A stretch of 61,550 nt of DNA from an uncultured Prevotellaceae bacterium (GTDB taxonomy: Bacteria; Bacteroidota; Bacteroidia; Bacteroidales; Bacteroidaceae): the NCBI GenBank assembly GCA_902765585.1, contig CACXAG010000013.1, positions 1 to 61,550 of the forward strand. The letters are read 5' to 3'. The stretch's first letter is position 1; each line of letters begins with the position of its first letter. Positions 18,604 to 27,403 of this stretch are shown one piece after another. The translations under genes and the position numbers were made by a program. Under the pieces are notes generated by a model. It was not told the DNA's origin, searched no databases, and saw nothing but the letters and a program-made list of their open reading frames with translations.

Positions 18604-19431
18604 TCACGTTTCACGTTTATTGTTTATTGTCGCAGCCACTATCCTCACGCTCTCCACCGCCTCGCGGACGTCGTGGACCCTCAGGATGGCCGCTCCCTTC
18701 AGCAGCGCCAGCGTGTTGAGCACCGTCGTGCCGTTCAGCGCCTGCTCGGGCTGGATGCCCAGCAGCCGGTTGATCATCGACTTGCGCGACACACCCACCA
18801 GCACGGGTAGCCCCGTCATCTGCATCCGCTCCAGGCCGTTCATGACGGCGTAGTTATCCTCCAGCGTCTTGCCGAACCCGAATCCCGGGTCCAGGATGAT
18901 GTCCTTCTGGCCCATCGACCTGAGCGTGTCCGTCACCTCGGCGCAGTCCAGCAGGATGTCGCGCATGTTGCTCTGCCACGACATATAGATATAGGGTACG
19001 CGCAGCCGGCTGACCATGCGGAACATCTGGGTGTTGTGTGCGGATGGCGGCGCGTCTACCGACCCGCCTACGTCGTTGATGACGTCCGCGCCGAACTCCT
19101 CCACCGCCATCCGCGCCACGTCGGGACGGAAGGTGTCGACGCTCACGACGGCCTCTGGGGCCTCGCGCCTGACGATGGCCAGCGCCGTCCGCAGCCGCGC
19201 CATCTCCTCCGCCTCGCTGACGGCCTCGCTGCCGGGGCGTGTCGAGCAGGCGCCCACGTCGACGATGTTGCCACCTTCGTCCACTATCTGTCGCGTACGT
19301 TCGGCTATGTCGTGCTCCGTCTGTTGCCGGCTGCCGGCATAGAACGAGTCAGGTGTGGCATTGAGAATGCCCATCACCTGTGGCTCTGCCAGTGACAGTA
19401 ATCTTCCGTTGCAATTCAGTGTATAGTCCAT
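18604..19431 (-). CDS. folP: Dihydropteroate synthase
   Basis: VMGILNATPDSF, STRPG, LDPGFGFGK, GVSRKS, ILRVHDV. Confidence 0.97.
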   Translation of the reverse strand: MDYTLNCNGRLLSLAEPQVMGILNATPDSFYAGSRQQTEHDIAERTRQIVDEGGNIVDVGACSTRPGSEAVSEAEEMARLRTALAIVRREAPEAVVSVDTFRPDVARMAVEEFGADVINDVGGSVDAPPSAHNTQMFRMVSRLRVPYIYMSWQSNMRDILLDCAEVTDTLRSMGQKDIILDPGFGFGKTLEDNYAVMNGLERMQMTGLPVLVGVSRKSMINRLLGIQPEQALNGTTVLNTLALLKGAAILRVHDVREAVESVRIVAATINNKRET

Positions 19432-19507
19432 ACTGAGCGCAAAGGTACGAAAAAAAGAAGAAAGAAATGTTTTTTATGGAAAGAAATTATCCGTTTATTG
19501 ATTTTTG

Positions 19508-19589
19508 GGAAACGAATTGCCATAATGACCATAATTTATCCATAATAATAATTACGGAACAATTACGATAATTACGGCAATTCGTTTCC
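19508..19589. repeat. 82-bp element bounded by perfect 14-bp inverted repeats
   Basis: ggaaacgaattgcc (19508-19521) and ggcaattcgtttcc (19576-19589). Interior has ccataat x3 followed by aattacg x3. Confidence 0.8.
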
Positions 19590-19665
19590 AGTGTTTTTAG
19601 TCCTCGCCGGGCTCGGGTGCACCCAGTTGTTCAATCGAGTGCATCCAGTTGCCAAAGTCTCCCCG

Positions 19666-20478
19666 TCAGTATTCCACGTAGGGTTCGAGGCGGCGGATGG
19701 CTTCGGGCGGGAAGTCGGGGGAGAGGCGGAGGTGGTCGAGGCTGGACAGCTTGCCGTGTAGGCGGCGGTAGTCGACGATGGCCTTGGCCTGGTAGTAGTT
19801 GATATAGGGATGGCGGCGCAGTTGCTGGAGGGTGAGCTTGTTGACGTTCAGCTTCTGGGGGCTGCCGTGCACGGTGAAGTAGGACTTGGCATCCTGCGGG
19901 AAGTCCTCTATCTCGTCCAGCTGGTCGACGCTGACGTAGCCGCCCAGCCGGCGTCCGTGGCGGACGATTTCCCGGGCGTAGTAGCTGCCGATGCCGGGCA
20001 CCTTCATCAGCTGGGCGGTGTCGGTGGTGTTCAGTTCTATGTGTTCACCGGGTTTTATCTTGACGGGATAGCGCCAGTTGTCGCGATGGCGCAGGGTGTC
20101 GCCAGTGGCGTGCGACGAGTCGCGCTGCCGGCGCTGGTCCACGAGCGTTGCGGCGGGCAGGTAGTCGGTCGAGATGTGGATGTAGGGCTCCAGTTCGCGA
20201 TACTGCTTGACAGTGAGACCGTAGAGGCGGGCAAAGTCCTCCTTGCGGCGATAGATGCCGCCCCGCGAACGGTACTTATAGATGTTGCGCACCTGCCAGG
20301 GCTGCAGGCCGAGCCGCAGCAGCTGCGTGGAGTCGGCGGTGTTGGGGTCGAAGGCGAAGCGCTCTGCCGGCCGGTCATTCTCCACTTGATATGTCATTTG
20401 CCTAGAGGCGGGTGCGATGAAGGCCAGCGTGGCTACGACCATGGCTGCGGTGGCTATCTTCCGATCGCTACGGTTCAT
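19666..20478 (-). CDS. Helix-hairpin-helix (ComEA-like) DNA-binding protein
   Basis: N-terminal TM and three HhH modules (FDPNTADSTQLLRLG, ELNTTDTAQLMKVPGIG, LNVNKLTLQQLRRHPYI). Confidence 0.88.
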   Translation of the reverse strand: MNRSDRKIATAAMVVATLAFIAPASRQMTYQVENDRPAERFAFDPNTADSTQLLRLGLQPWQVRNIYKYRSRGGIYRRKEDFARLYGLTVKQYRELEPYIHISTDYLPAATLVDQRRQRDSSHATGDTLRHRDNWRYPVKIKPGEHIELNTTDTAQLMKVPGIGSYYAREIVRHGRRLGGYVSVDQLDEIEDFPQDAKSYFTVHGSPQKLNVNKLTLQQLRRHPYINYYQAKAIVDYRRLHGKLSSLDHLRLSPDFPPEAIRRLEPYVEY

Positions 20479-21833
20479 AGGACGCCCAGTTGGTGCAGGA
20501 ATATCAGTGAGATGCAGAGGGGGCAGACGTAGCGGACGGCAAACAGAAAGATGCCGAAATACCGGCTGTTCAACGTCCCGCCGTTGGTGAACTCATCGTG
20601 TACGACCTGTCGCGGAATGTACCAGCCCACAAAGAAACATGTCAGCATGCCACCCAACGGCAGCATGAAGTTGGCCGTCAACTTGTCGCAGAACGCCAGG
20701 AGCGGTTCGCCCCACACCATCAGTGCGGACCGGTCTTCTGTCGACAGCGCGCAGAACACACAGATGACGGCGCTGGCGACGGTGATGATGCAGGCTGAGC
20801 GACGGCGCGACCAGTGCAGCTCCTCGGTGAAGAAGGCCGTGCCTATCTCGTGCATGGAGATGGTGGACGTCAGGGCGGCAAAAACGAGCAGGGCGTAGAA
20901 CATCACGCTGACCACATAGCCTATGACGGGCATCGTGGCAAAGGCCTGCTGGAAGACGTTGGGCAGCGTAATCAGGATGAGCGACGGGCCCGCGTCGGGC
21001 TGGACACCCACCGAAGCCGCCGCAGGGAATATCATGAGTCCCGCCAGGATGGCTATCATGGTATCGAGTACGGCAATCTGTCCTGCAGAGCCCAGCAGGT
21101 TCGTCTCCTTCGAGAAATAGCTGGCGTAGGTACACAGGACGGCCGTTCCCAGTGACAGTGAGAAGAACGCCTGTCCCAGCGCATCGAGCAGCACTTCGCC
21201 GTTCACCTTCGAGAAATCGGGCATCAGCAGAAACCTCACCCCCTCCATGGCTCCGGGCAGCATGCAAGAGGCTATCACGATGATGACCAGCAGCACCAGC
21301 AGAATGGGCATCAACAGCTTCGAGGCCCGTTCAATGCCACTGCGTACTCCGCGAATCACCACCAGATGCGTCATCAGCAGGAAGGCCAAGCCCCACAACA
21401 CGGGCTTGACGGGGTCGTTGGTGAACTGGACGAAATAGTTTTTCACATATTCTGCATCACCGTTCACTTGTTCGGTGATGGACGCCCACAAGTACTGCAG
21501 GCACCAGCCCGCCACCACGGCATAGAAGCCCAGGATGATGGTCGCCGTCAGGATGCCCAGATAGCCCACCAACTTCCACGGGCGTCCGTTTGACAGCTTG
21601 TCGAAGGCCCTGGCGGCGTTGGCCTGCGCATAGCGCCCCACGATAAACTCGCTCAGCATTCCCGGAAGTCCCAGCATCAGGATGCACCCTATATATAAAA
21701 GGATAAAGGCTGCGCCGCCGTTCTCGCCAGCCATATAGGGGAAGCGCCACACGTTGCCCAGTCCTACGGCACTGCCCGCCGTCGCCAGCACAATACCCAG
21801 CTTACTGCTGAAACTGCTTCTTTCCGTTTTCAT
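20475..21833 (-). CDS. Sodium-dependent transporter (NSS/SNF family), copy 1
   Basis: GSAVGLGNVWRFPY, ALGQAFFSLSLG, many TM segments. Confidence 0.95.
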   Translation of the reverse strand: MKTERSSFSSKLGIVLATAGSAVGLGNVWRFPYMAGENGGAAFILLYIGCILMLGLPGMLSEFIVGRYAQANAARAFDKLSNGRPWKLVGYLGILTATIILGFYAVVAGWCLQYLWASITEQVNGDAEYVKNYFVQFTNDPVKPVLWGLAFLLMTHLVVIRGVRSGIERASKLLMPILLVLLVIIVIASCMLPGAMEGVRFLLMPDFSKVNGEVLLDALGQAFFSLSLGTAVLCTYASYFSKETNLLGSAGQIAVLDTMIAILAGLMIFPAAASVGVQPDAGPSLILITLPNVFQQAFATMPVIGYVVSVMFYALLVFAALTSTISMHEIGTAFFTEELHWSRRRSACIITVASAVICVFCALSTEDRSALMVWGEPLLAFCDKLTANFMLPLGGMLTCFFVGWYIPRQVVHDEFTNGGTLNSRYFGIFLFAVRYVCPLCISLIFLHQLGVL

Positions 21834-21869
21834 CTATTCATCTTAACTTTTCACTATTAACTTTTACCT

Positions 21870-23252
21870 TTAATTTAGCACTCCCAACTGATGGAGGAAG
21901 ATAAAGAGGATGGCCAGCGGGCAGACATACTTCACCATGAAGAGGTAGAAATGGAAGAAGCGTCCACGCAGCGTCCCCCAGTTGGTGAACTCGTCGCGCA
22001 CCACTTTGTGGGGCACGAACCATCCGATGAAGATGCAGGTCAGGAATCCGACGACGGGCAGGAATATCTGTCCCGTGATGAAGTCGAACCAGTCGAAGAG
22101 CGTATCGCCGATGAAGGTCAGGGTCGTACCTACTGCCCCCAATGATAGCGAGCAGATGGACCCGATGATGGCGGTGGTGACGGTGACGATGATGGCCGCC
22201 CGCTTGCGGGAAATGGCCAGCTCTTCCTGGAAGAAGGCCGTAGACACTTCGTGCAGCGACATAAGCGACGTCAGCGCAGCCAGCGACAGCAGTACAAAGA
22301 AGAGCAGCGAGATGATGTACCCCACGACGGGCATGCCGCCAAAGGCCTGTGCAAAGACGTTGGGCAGCGTGATGAAGATGAGCGAGGGCCCGCTGTCGGG
22401 GCTGACGCCCACCGAGAAGGCTGCCGGGAATATCATGAGTCCGGCCAGGATGGCCACCAGGCTGTCAATGACACCTATCTCTACGGCTGACTTCGTGAGG
22501 TCGGTCTGCTTGGAAAAATAGCTGGCGTAGGTGCAGAGGCATCCCATGGCAATGCTCATTGAGTAGAACGACTGTCCGAGTGCAGCCAGTAAGACATCGC
22601 TGTTGATTTTCGAGAAGTCAGGATAGAAGAGAAACTCTATGCCCTTGTTGGCGTTGGGCAGCATGCAGGAGGCGGCCACGATGACCAGCAGCAGCAGGAA
22701 CAGCGTTGGCATCATCATCTTCGATGCCCGTTCGATGCCGTCGCGCACGCCGTGCTCGATAATCAGATAGGTAATACCCAGGATGACTACCGTCCAGAAA
22801 ACGGGCTTGACCGGATTGGTAGACAAATCATGAAAGTACTGCTGGAAATACTCTGGCGAGCCCGTCATGTGGCCTATCAGTGACGCCCACACGTACTGCA
22901 GGCACCAGCCCGCCACCACGGCATAGTAGCCCGTGATGAGGAATCCCGTCAGCACCCCCATGTATCCGATGAACGACCATCCGTTGCCGTCAGCCAGCTT
23001 GTGGAATGCCCTGGCCGTGTTGCACTGTCCGTGGCGGCCCACGATGAACTCACTGATCATGCAGGGGATGCCCAGCAGCAAGACACACATTACATAAATA
23101 ATAATGAATACGGCGCCTCCGTTTTCGCCAGCCATATAAGGGAACCGCCACACGTTGCCCAGTCCCACGGCTGACCCTGCCGTCGCTAATATGACGCCCA
23201 GGCGACTACCGAAATTCGCCCTTTCAAGTTTTGCCATTTCATGCTTTTCCAT
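21870..23252 (-). CDS. Sodium-dependent transporter (NSS/SNF family), copy 2
   Basis: Same signature motifs, tandem paralogue. Confidence 0.95.
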   Translation of the reverse strand: MEKHEMAKLERANFGSRLGVILATAGSAVGLGNVWRFPYMAGENGGAVFIIIYVMCVLLLGIPCMISEFIVGRHGQCNTARAFHKLADGNGWSFIGYMGVLTGFLITGYYAVVAGWCLQYVWASLIGHMTGSPEYFQQYFHDLSTNPVKPVFWTVVILGITYLIIEHGVRDGIERASKMMMPTLFLLLLVIVAASCMLPNANKGIEFLFYPDFSKINSDVLLAALGQSFYSMSIAMGCLCTYASYFSKQTDLTKSAVEIGVIDSLVAILAGLMIFPAAFSVGVSPDSGPSLIFITLPNVFAQAFGGMPVVGYIISLLFFVLLSLAALTSLMSLHEVSTAFFQEELAISRKRAAIIVTVTTAIIGSICSLSLGAVGTTLTFIGDTLFDWFDFITGQIFLPVVGFLTCIFIGWFVPHKVVRDEFTNWGTLRGRFFHFYLFMVKYVCPLAILFIFLHQLGVLN

Positions 23253-23261
23253 AATCTGCCT

Positions 23262-23312
23262 GCAAAAGTACGAAAAAGTTTAGAGTTATTCTTATTTTCT
23301 TTGTACTTTTGC
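23262..23312. promoter_or_regulatory. Back-to-back -7 elements (TACTTTTG on both strands) for the NSS operon and vanZ
   Basis: gcaaaagta near 23262-23270 and tacttttgc near 23304-23312. Confidence 0.65.
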
Positions 23313-23331
23313 AGCCAAAATAACAAGAATT

Positions 23332-23796
23332 ATGCAGAAACCCCCTTCCACATTCCTCTTTCCGCGCTCCTTATGGAAGCGCTATCCCCTTTCGCTGTTG
23401 TGTATCGTCGTGATATGGATCTTGTCGCTGATGCCCTTCTTCCCCGAGACACCACTCAACCACGTGAAGTTCATTGACAAGTGGACGCATTTTGTGATGT
23501 ACGGCGGTACGTGCAGTGTCATCTGGTGGGAGTATATAGGCCAGCACAGGCGCCTTGACGGCCGTCGTCTCTTCCTTTTTGCCTGGCTGGCACCCACACT
23601 GATGGGCGGTCTGCTGGAACTGTTGCAGGCTTACTGCACTGGTGGCCATCGCAATGGCGACTGGCTGGACTTCCTGGCCAATACCGTTGGCGTCACCCTG
23701 GGTGCCGTCATTGGCCTGTTGATGTCTCTTCTCCTCCCCAAAGGCGGTAGGGGCGCTGGCGCAGCTGACTGTTGTAATAACGGCGGTCGCCCGTGA
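23332..23796 (+). CDS. VanZ family membrane protein
   Basis: IDKWTHFVMYG, GGLLELLQ, R.GDWLDFLANTVG. Confidence 0.88.
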   Translation: MQKPPSTFLFPRSLWKRYPLSLLCIVVIWILSLMPFFPETPLNHVKFIDKWTHFVMYGGTCSVIWWEYIGQHRRLDGRRLFLFAWLAPTLMGGLLELLQAYCTGGHRNGDWLDFLANTVGVTLGAVIGLLMSLLLPKGGRGAGAADCCNNGGRP

Positions 23797-24205
23797 CTTC
23801 TTTTCCGATAAAATGGGGCTTTTCGTAAGGCTCGTCCTCATAGGCGAGTTCTACCTCTGCAACCACAAGACCTTCATTGTCCCCGAAAAACTCGTCCACC
23901 TCGAAAGTGTGTTTTCCTGACTTGACCAGCCAGCGCGTCTTGTCGATGATGCCAGGGTCGCAGAGCGTCAAAAGCTTCTCGGCATCATCCATGGGTATGG
24001 CCTGCTCGAATTCGTAGCGGCTGAGGCCACCGTCGAGTGACGGTCCCTTGATAGTAATGAATGCCTGGTCATCTCTGATGCGGATGCGCACGGTTCGTCC
24101 CCGCTCGCTACAGATGTAGCCCTGGCAGATGTGTGAAGAAGCATAAGCCTCGTGCTTGTACGAATCGTCAAGCACGAGGAATTTGCGTTCAATTTCTAAA
24201 GCCAT
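23708..24205 (-). CDS. CYTH domain protein
   Basis: Start re-assigned to ATG 24205 (MALEIERKFLV, ExERKF motif). VRIRIR, FEVDEF, VAEVEL. Confidence 0.93.
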   Translation of the reverse strand: MALEIERKFLVLDDSYKHEAYASSHICQGYICSERGRTVRIRIRDDQAFITIKGPSLDGGLSRYEFEQAIPMDDAEKLLTLCDPGIIDKTRWLVKSGKHTFEVDEFFGDNEGLVVAEVELAYEDEPYEKPHFIGKEVTGDRRYYNSQLRQRPYRLWGGEETSTGQ

Positions 24206-24348
24206 TATGCCATCATTGAGAGGGTCCAAATCATGTAGATGATGGCGAGGACGATGAGTCCGCCAAAAATCCACATCACTACTTTCTTACCCTGCTCTTC
24301 CTGTTTCTTGGCATAAGCCTCTTTCTTTGCATTTACTTTCTTGTTCAT
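24205..24348 (-). CDS. 47-aa single-pass membrane protein, absent from the ORF track
   Basis: MNKKVNAKKEAYAKKQEEQGKKVVMWIFGGLIVLAIIYMIWTLSMMA*. Its TAA overlaps the CYTH ATG (TAATG). Confidence 0.75.
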   Translation of the reverse strand: MNKKVNAKKEAYAKKQEEQGKKVVMWIFGGLIVLAIIYMIWTLSMMA

Positions 24349-24379
24349 AGTCGTAATATTTAATTTTAATGTTTAATCT

Positions 24380-25501
24380 TTAATCTTCGTCATTGACGGG
24401 GAACTCCATGAGGTATGCCTTGATGAAGTCGTCGATTTTTCCGTCCATGACACCGTCCACGTCACTGGTCTGGTAGTTGGTGCGATGATCCTTGACGCGG
24501 CGGTCATCGAAAACGTAGCTGCGTATCTGACTACCCCACTCAATCTTCTTCTTGCCGGCCTCAATCTTGGCCTGGGCCTCTAAGCGTTTCTGCATGGCAC
24601 GGTCGTAGAGCTGTGAGCGCAACAGGGCCATGGCACGCTCCTTGTTCTTGGGCTGGTCGCGGGTCTCGGTATTCTCGATGAGGATTTCCTCCTCTTCGCC
24701 TGTGTCAGGGTCGGTATACCAGTAGCGCAGACGGACGCCCGACTCCACCTTATTGACGTTCTGACCACCGGCACCGCTGCTGCGGAAGGTATCCCACGAC
24801 AGTTTGGCGGGGTCCACGTACACCTCGATGGTATCGTCAACCAGCGGACTGACGAAGACCGAGGCAAAGCTGGTCATGCGCTTGCCCTGGGCGTTATATG
24901 GACTGACACGTACTAGGCGGTGCACGCCGTTTTCGCTCTTCAGGTAGCCGTAGGCATAGTCGCCGCCTTCTATCTGCATGGTGACACTCTTGATGCCTGC
25001 CTCGTCGCCGTCCTGCAGGTTGGCGATGCTGACCTTATAGCCATGAGCCTCGGCCCAGCGCTGATACATGCGCATCAGCATTTGTGCCCAGTCCTGAGCC
25101 TCCGTACCACCGGCACCGCTGTTGATCTTCAGCACACACTCCATAGGGTCTTCCTTCTGGCGCAGCATGTTCTTCAGCTCCAGGTCCTCGATGGCTTTGA
25201 CGGCACGCTGGTAGTTGTCTTCTACCTCCTGCTCGGTGACCATCTCTTCTTTGTAGAAGTCGAAGGCCAACTGCAACTCGTCGGCAGCAGTGCGTACCTC
25301 CTGGTAGCCGTCGAGCCATTTCTTGATGCCTTTGACTTTCTTCATCTGTTCCTCGGCCCGCTCACGGTCCTCCCAGAAGTCAGGAGCCTGGGTACGAAGG
25401 TCTTCTTCTTCGTACTCCATTTTCTTCTCGTCTATCTTCAGATACCTGTACAGGGCTTCTGCACGGTCTAATACGTCTTTTAACTGGTCTTGTGTAATCA
25501 T
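24380..25501 (-). CDS. prfB: Peptide chain release factor 2 (single uninterrupted frame)
   Basis: GAGGTEAQDWA, GVHRLVRVSPY, GAGGQNVNKV, WGSQIRSYV. Confidence 0.97.
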   Translation of the reverse strand: MITQDQLKDVLDRAEALYRYLKIDEKKMEYEEEDLRTQAPDFWEDRERAEEQMKKVKGIKKWLDGYQEVRTAADELQLAFDFYKEEMVTEQEVEDNYQRAVKAIEDLELKNMLRQKEDPMECVLKINSGAGGTEAQDWAQMLMRMYQRWAEAHGYKVSIANLQDGDEAGIKSVTMQIEGGDYAYGYLKSENGVHRLVRVSPYNAQGKRMTSFASVFVSPLVDDTIEVYVDPAKLSWDTFRSSGAGGQNVNKVESGVRLRYWYTDPDTGEEEEILIENTETRDQPKNKERAMALLRSQLYDRAMQKRLEAQAKIEAGKKKIEWGSQIRSYVFDDRRVKDHRTNYQTSDVDGVMDGKIDDFIKAYLMEFPVNDED

Positions 25502-27309
25502 GACTCTTCGTACATCTTGTCTATTTCAGCCTTGTAGTTCTCATTGAGAACGCGGCGGCGAATCTTGAGGGTGTTGGTCAGTTCTCCCTTGGACATCGAC
25601 AGCGGGTTGGGCAGCAGCGTGAAGCGCTTGACCTGTTCGTAGTGGGCTAACTGCTGTTGCAAGGTGTCGATGCGCTCCTTCATCATGGCCATAATCTTAG
25701 GATGGCTGCAGAGTTCTTCGTGGGTGCTGAAGGTGATGTCGTTGGCGCGGGCATACTCCTCTAAGAGCGAGTAGACGGGGACAATGAGGGCCGATACAAA
25801 CTTGCGCTCGTCGGCAATGACTGCTATCTGGTCGATGAACTTGTCCACCAACAGCTTCGATTCAATCATCTGCGGGGCGATATACTTGCCGTTTGAGGTC
25901 TTGAAGAGGTCTTTGATGCGATCTGTCAGGAAGAGCTCGCCGCCTTTCAGGTAGCCGGCATCGCCCGTCTTGAAATAGCCGTCGTCGGTAAATGCAGCCT
26001 TCGTCAGGTCGTCGCGGTTGTAGTAGCCGATGGTAATCGTCGGACCCTTCAGCAGGATTTCGCCCTCCTCGCTGACCTTGATGTCGATGCCCTCGATGGG
26101 GATGCCTACAGAGCCAACCGTCCAGGGGTCGCCCAAGTGATTGCAGCTCACCGTAGCCAGACTCTCCGTCAGACCGTAGCCCACTACCATGTTGATGCCG
26201 ATGGAGTGTACGAACTCTTCGACATGTGTCGAGACGGCAGCACCAGCCGTGGGGAAGAAATGGGCATTTTCCAGTCCTAACTCCTTGCGCACCAGCGAGA
26301 AGATGGTGCGGTTCAGCATCTCGTACTCCAAGTGCAAGGCCATAGGCGGCTTCTTGCCCAGGCTGAGATATTCGATATTGTGCTTGCGACCTACTTCCAG
26401 AGCATGCTTGAACAACTTGCGCTGTACGGCACTGGAGTGGTCTATCTTGTCCATCACACCCATATATACCTTCTCCCAGAAGCGGGGAACGGCCGACATA
26501 CAGGTGGGATGGGTCTCGCGCATAGACTGTTGTACCTCCTGTGGGTGGGTATTGACAATCATCGTGGCACCCTCTGTCAGACTGAGTATCGCCCAGCCAC
26601 GTTCAAAGATATGGGTATAGGGAAGGAAGTTCATCACGCGGTCCTTCTCGCCCACTGGCACACATTTGTTGTTGGCCTCGAAGGCGGCATGGAACTGACC
26701 GTGCGTCAGGATGACACCCTTTGAATCGCCCGTTGTACCGCTGGTATAGAGGATGTTGGCGATGTCGTCGAACGTGGCTTCCTGCTGCAACTTCTCCACC
26801 TCGGTCTGGCGCGGCAGGTTCTCGCCCAGCTTGAGGAAGTCGCTGAAATAGATGGCACCTGGGTCGCCGTTAACGATGCTGACGGCAGGGTCATAGACGA
26901 TGATGCGCTCCAGTGTCGGACACAGCGAGAAGATGCGGTGTGCCTTGTCGTACTGCTCCTGTTCGCCTACGAAGAGGAAGCGGATCTTGGCATCGTTGAC
27001 CATAAACTGTATCTGCTGCTCCGAACTGGTGGCATAGAAAGGAATGGTGACAGCACGGATGCCCCATGCGGCGAAGTCGCACTCGATATATTGTACCGAG
27101 TTCTGCGAGAAGATACCGATGTTCTCCTGTACTTTTACGCCTAAGTTCAGCATGGCGTTGGATACCTGCTTAACCGTGGCTGACACCTCGTTCCACGATA
27201 ATGATTTCCACTCCTTGCCACCGAAATCTTGATATACCAGCATTTCGCGGTTGCCATACTTTTTGGCCTGTTCGTGCACCAGCACTGACATGTGAACGTT
27301 CGTCTGCAT
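25498..27309 (-). CDS. fadD: Long-chain fatty acid--CoA ligase
   Basis: LYTSGTTGDSKG, GYGLTE, FKTGDAG, DRIKDLFKTSNGKYIAPQ. Confidence 0.92.
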   Translation of the reverse strand: MQTNVHMSVLVHEQAKKYGNREMLVYQDFGGKEWKSLSWNEVSATVKQVSNAMLNLGVKVQENIGIFSQNSVQYIECDFAAWGIRAVTIPFYATSSEQQIQFMVNDAKIRFLFVGEQEQYDKAHRIFSLCPTLERIIVYDPAVSIVNGDPGAIYFSDFLKLGENLPRQTEVEKLQQEATFDDIANILYTSGTTGDSKGVILTHGQFHAAFEANNKCVPVGEKDRVMNFLPYTHIFERGWAILSLTEGATMIVNTHPQEVQQSMRETHPTCMSAVPRFWEKVYMGVMDKIDHSSAVQRKLFKHALEVGRKHNIEYLSLGKKPPMALHLEYEMLNRTIFSLVRKELGLENAHFFPTAGAAVSTHVEEFVHSIGINMVVGYGLTESLATVSCNHLGDPWTVGSVGIPIEGIDIKVSEEGEILLKGPTITIGYYNRDDLTKAAFTDDGYFKTGDAGYLKGGELFLTDRIKDLFKTSNGKYIAPQMIESKLLVDKFIDQIAVIADERKFVSALIVPVYSLLEEYARANDITFSTHEELCSHPKIMAMMKERIDTLQQQLAHYEQVKRFTLLPNPLSMSKGELTNTLKIRRRVLNENYKAEIDKMYEES

Positions 27310-27403
27310 AAGTTCTCTCTATTATTAATTAGGTGCAAAGGTACTAAAAAATCATAATTCTTAATTCATAATTCCCAATTATTTTTTAATTTTGCATCAA
27401 TTT

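Noticed and set aside
20380-20440. Possible in-frame deletion after the TM of the ComEA-like protein
   Set aside because: The linker looks short but the frame is intact and this region is naturally variable, so it cannot be supported without an alignment
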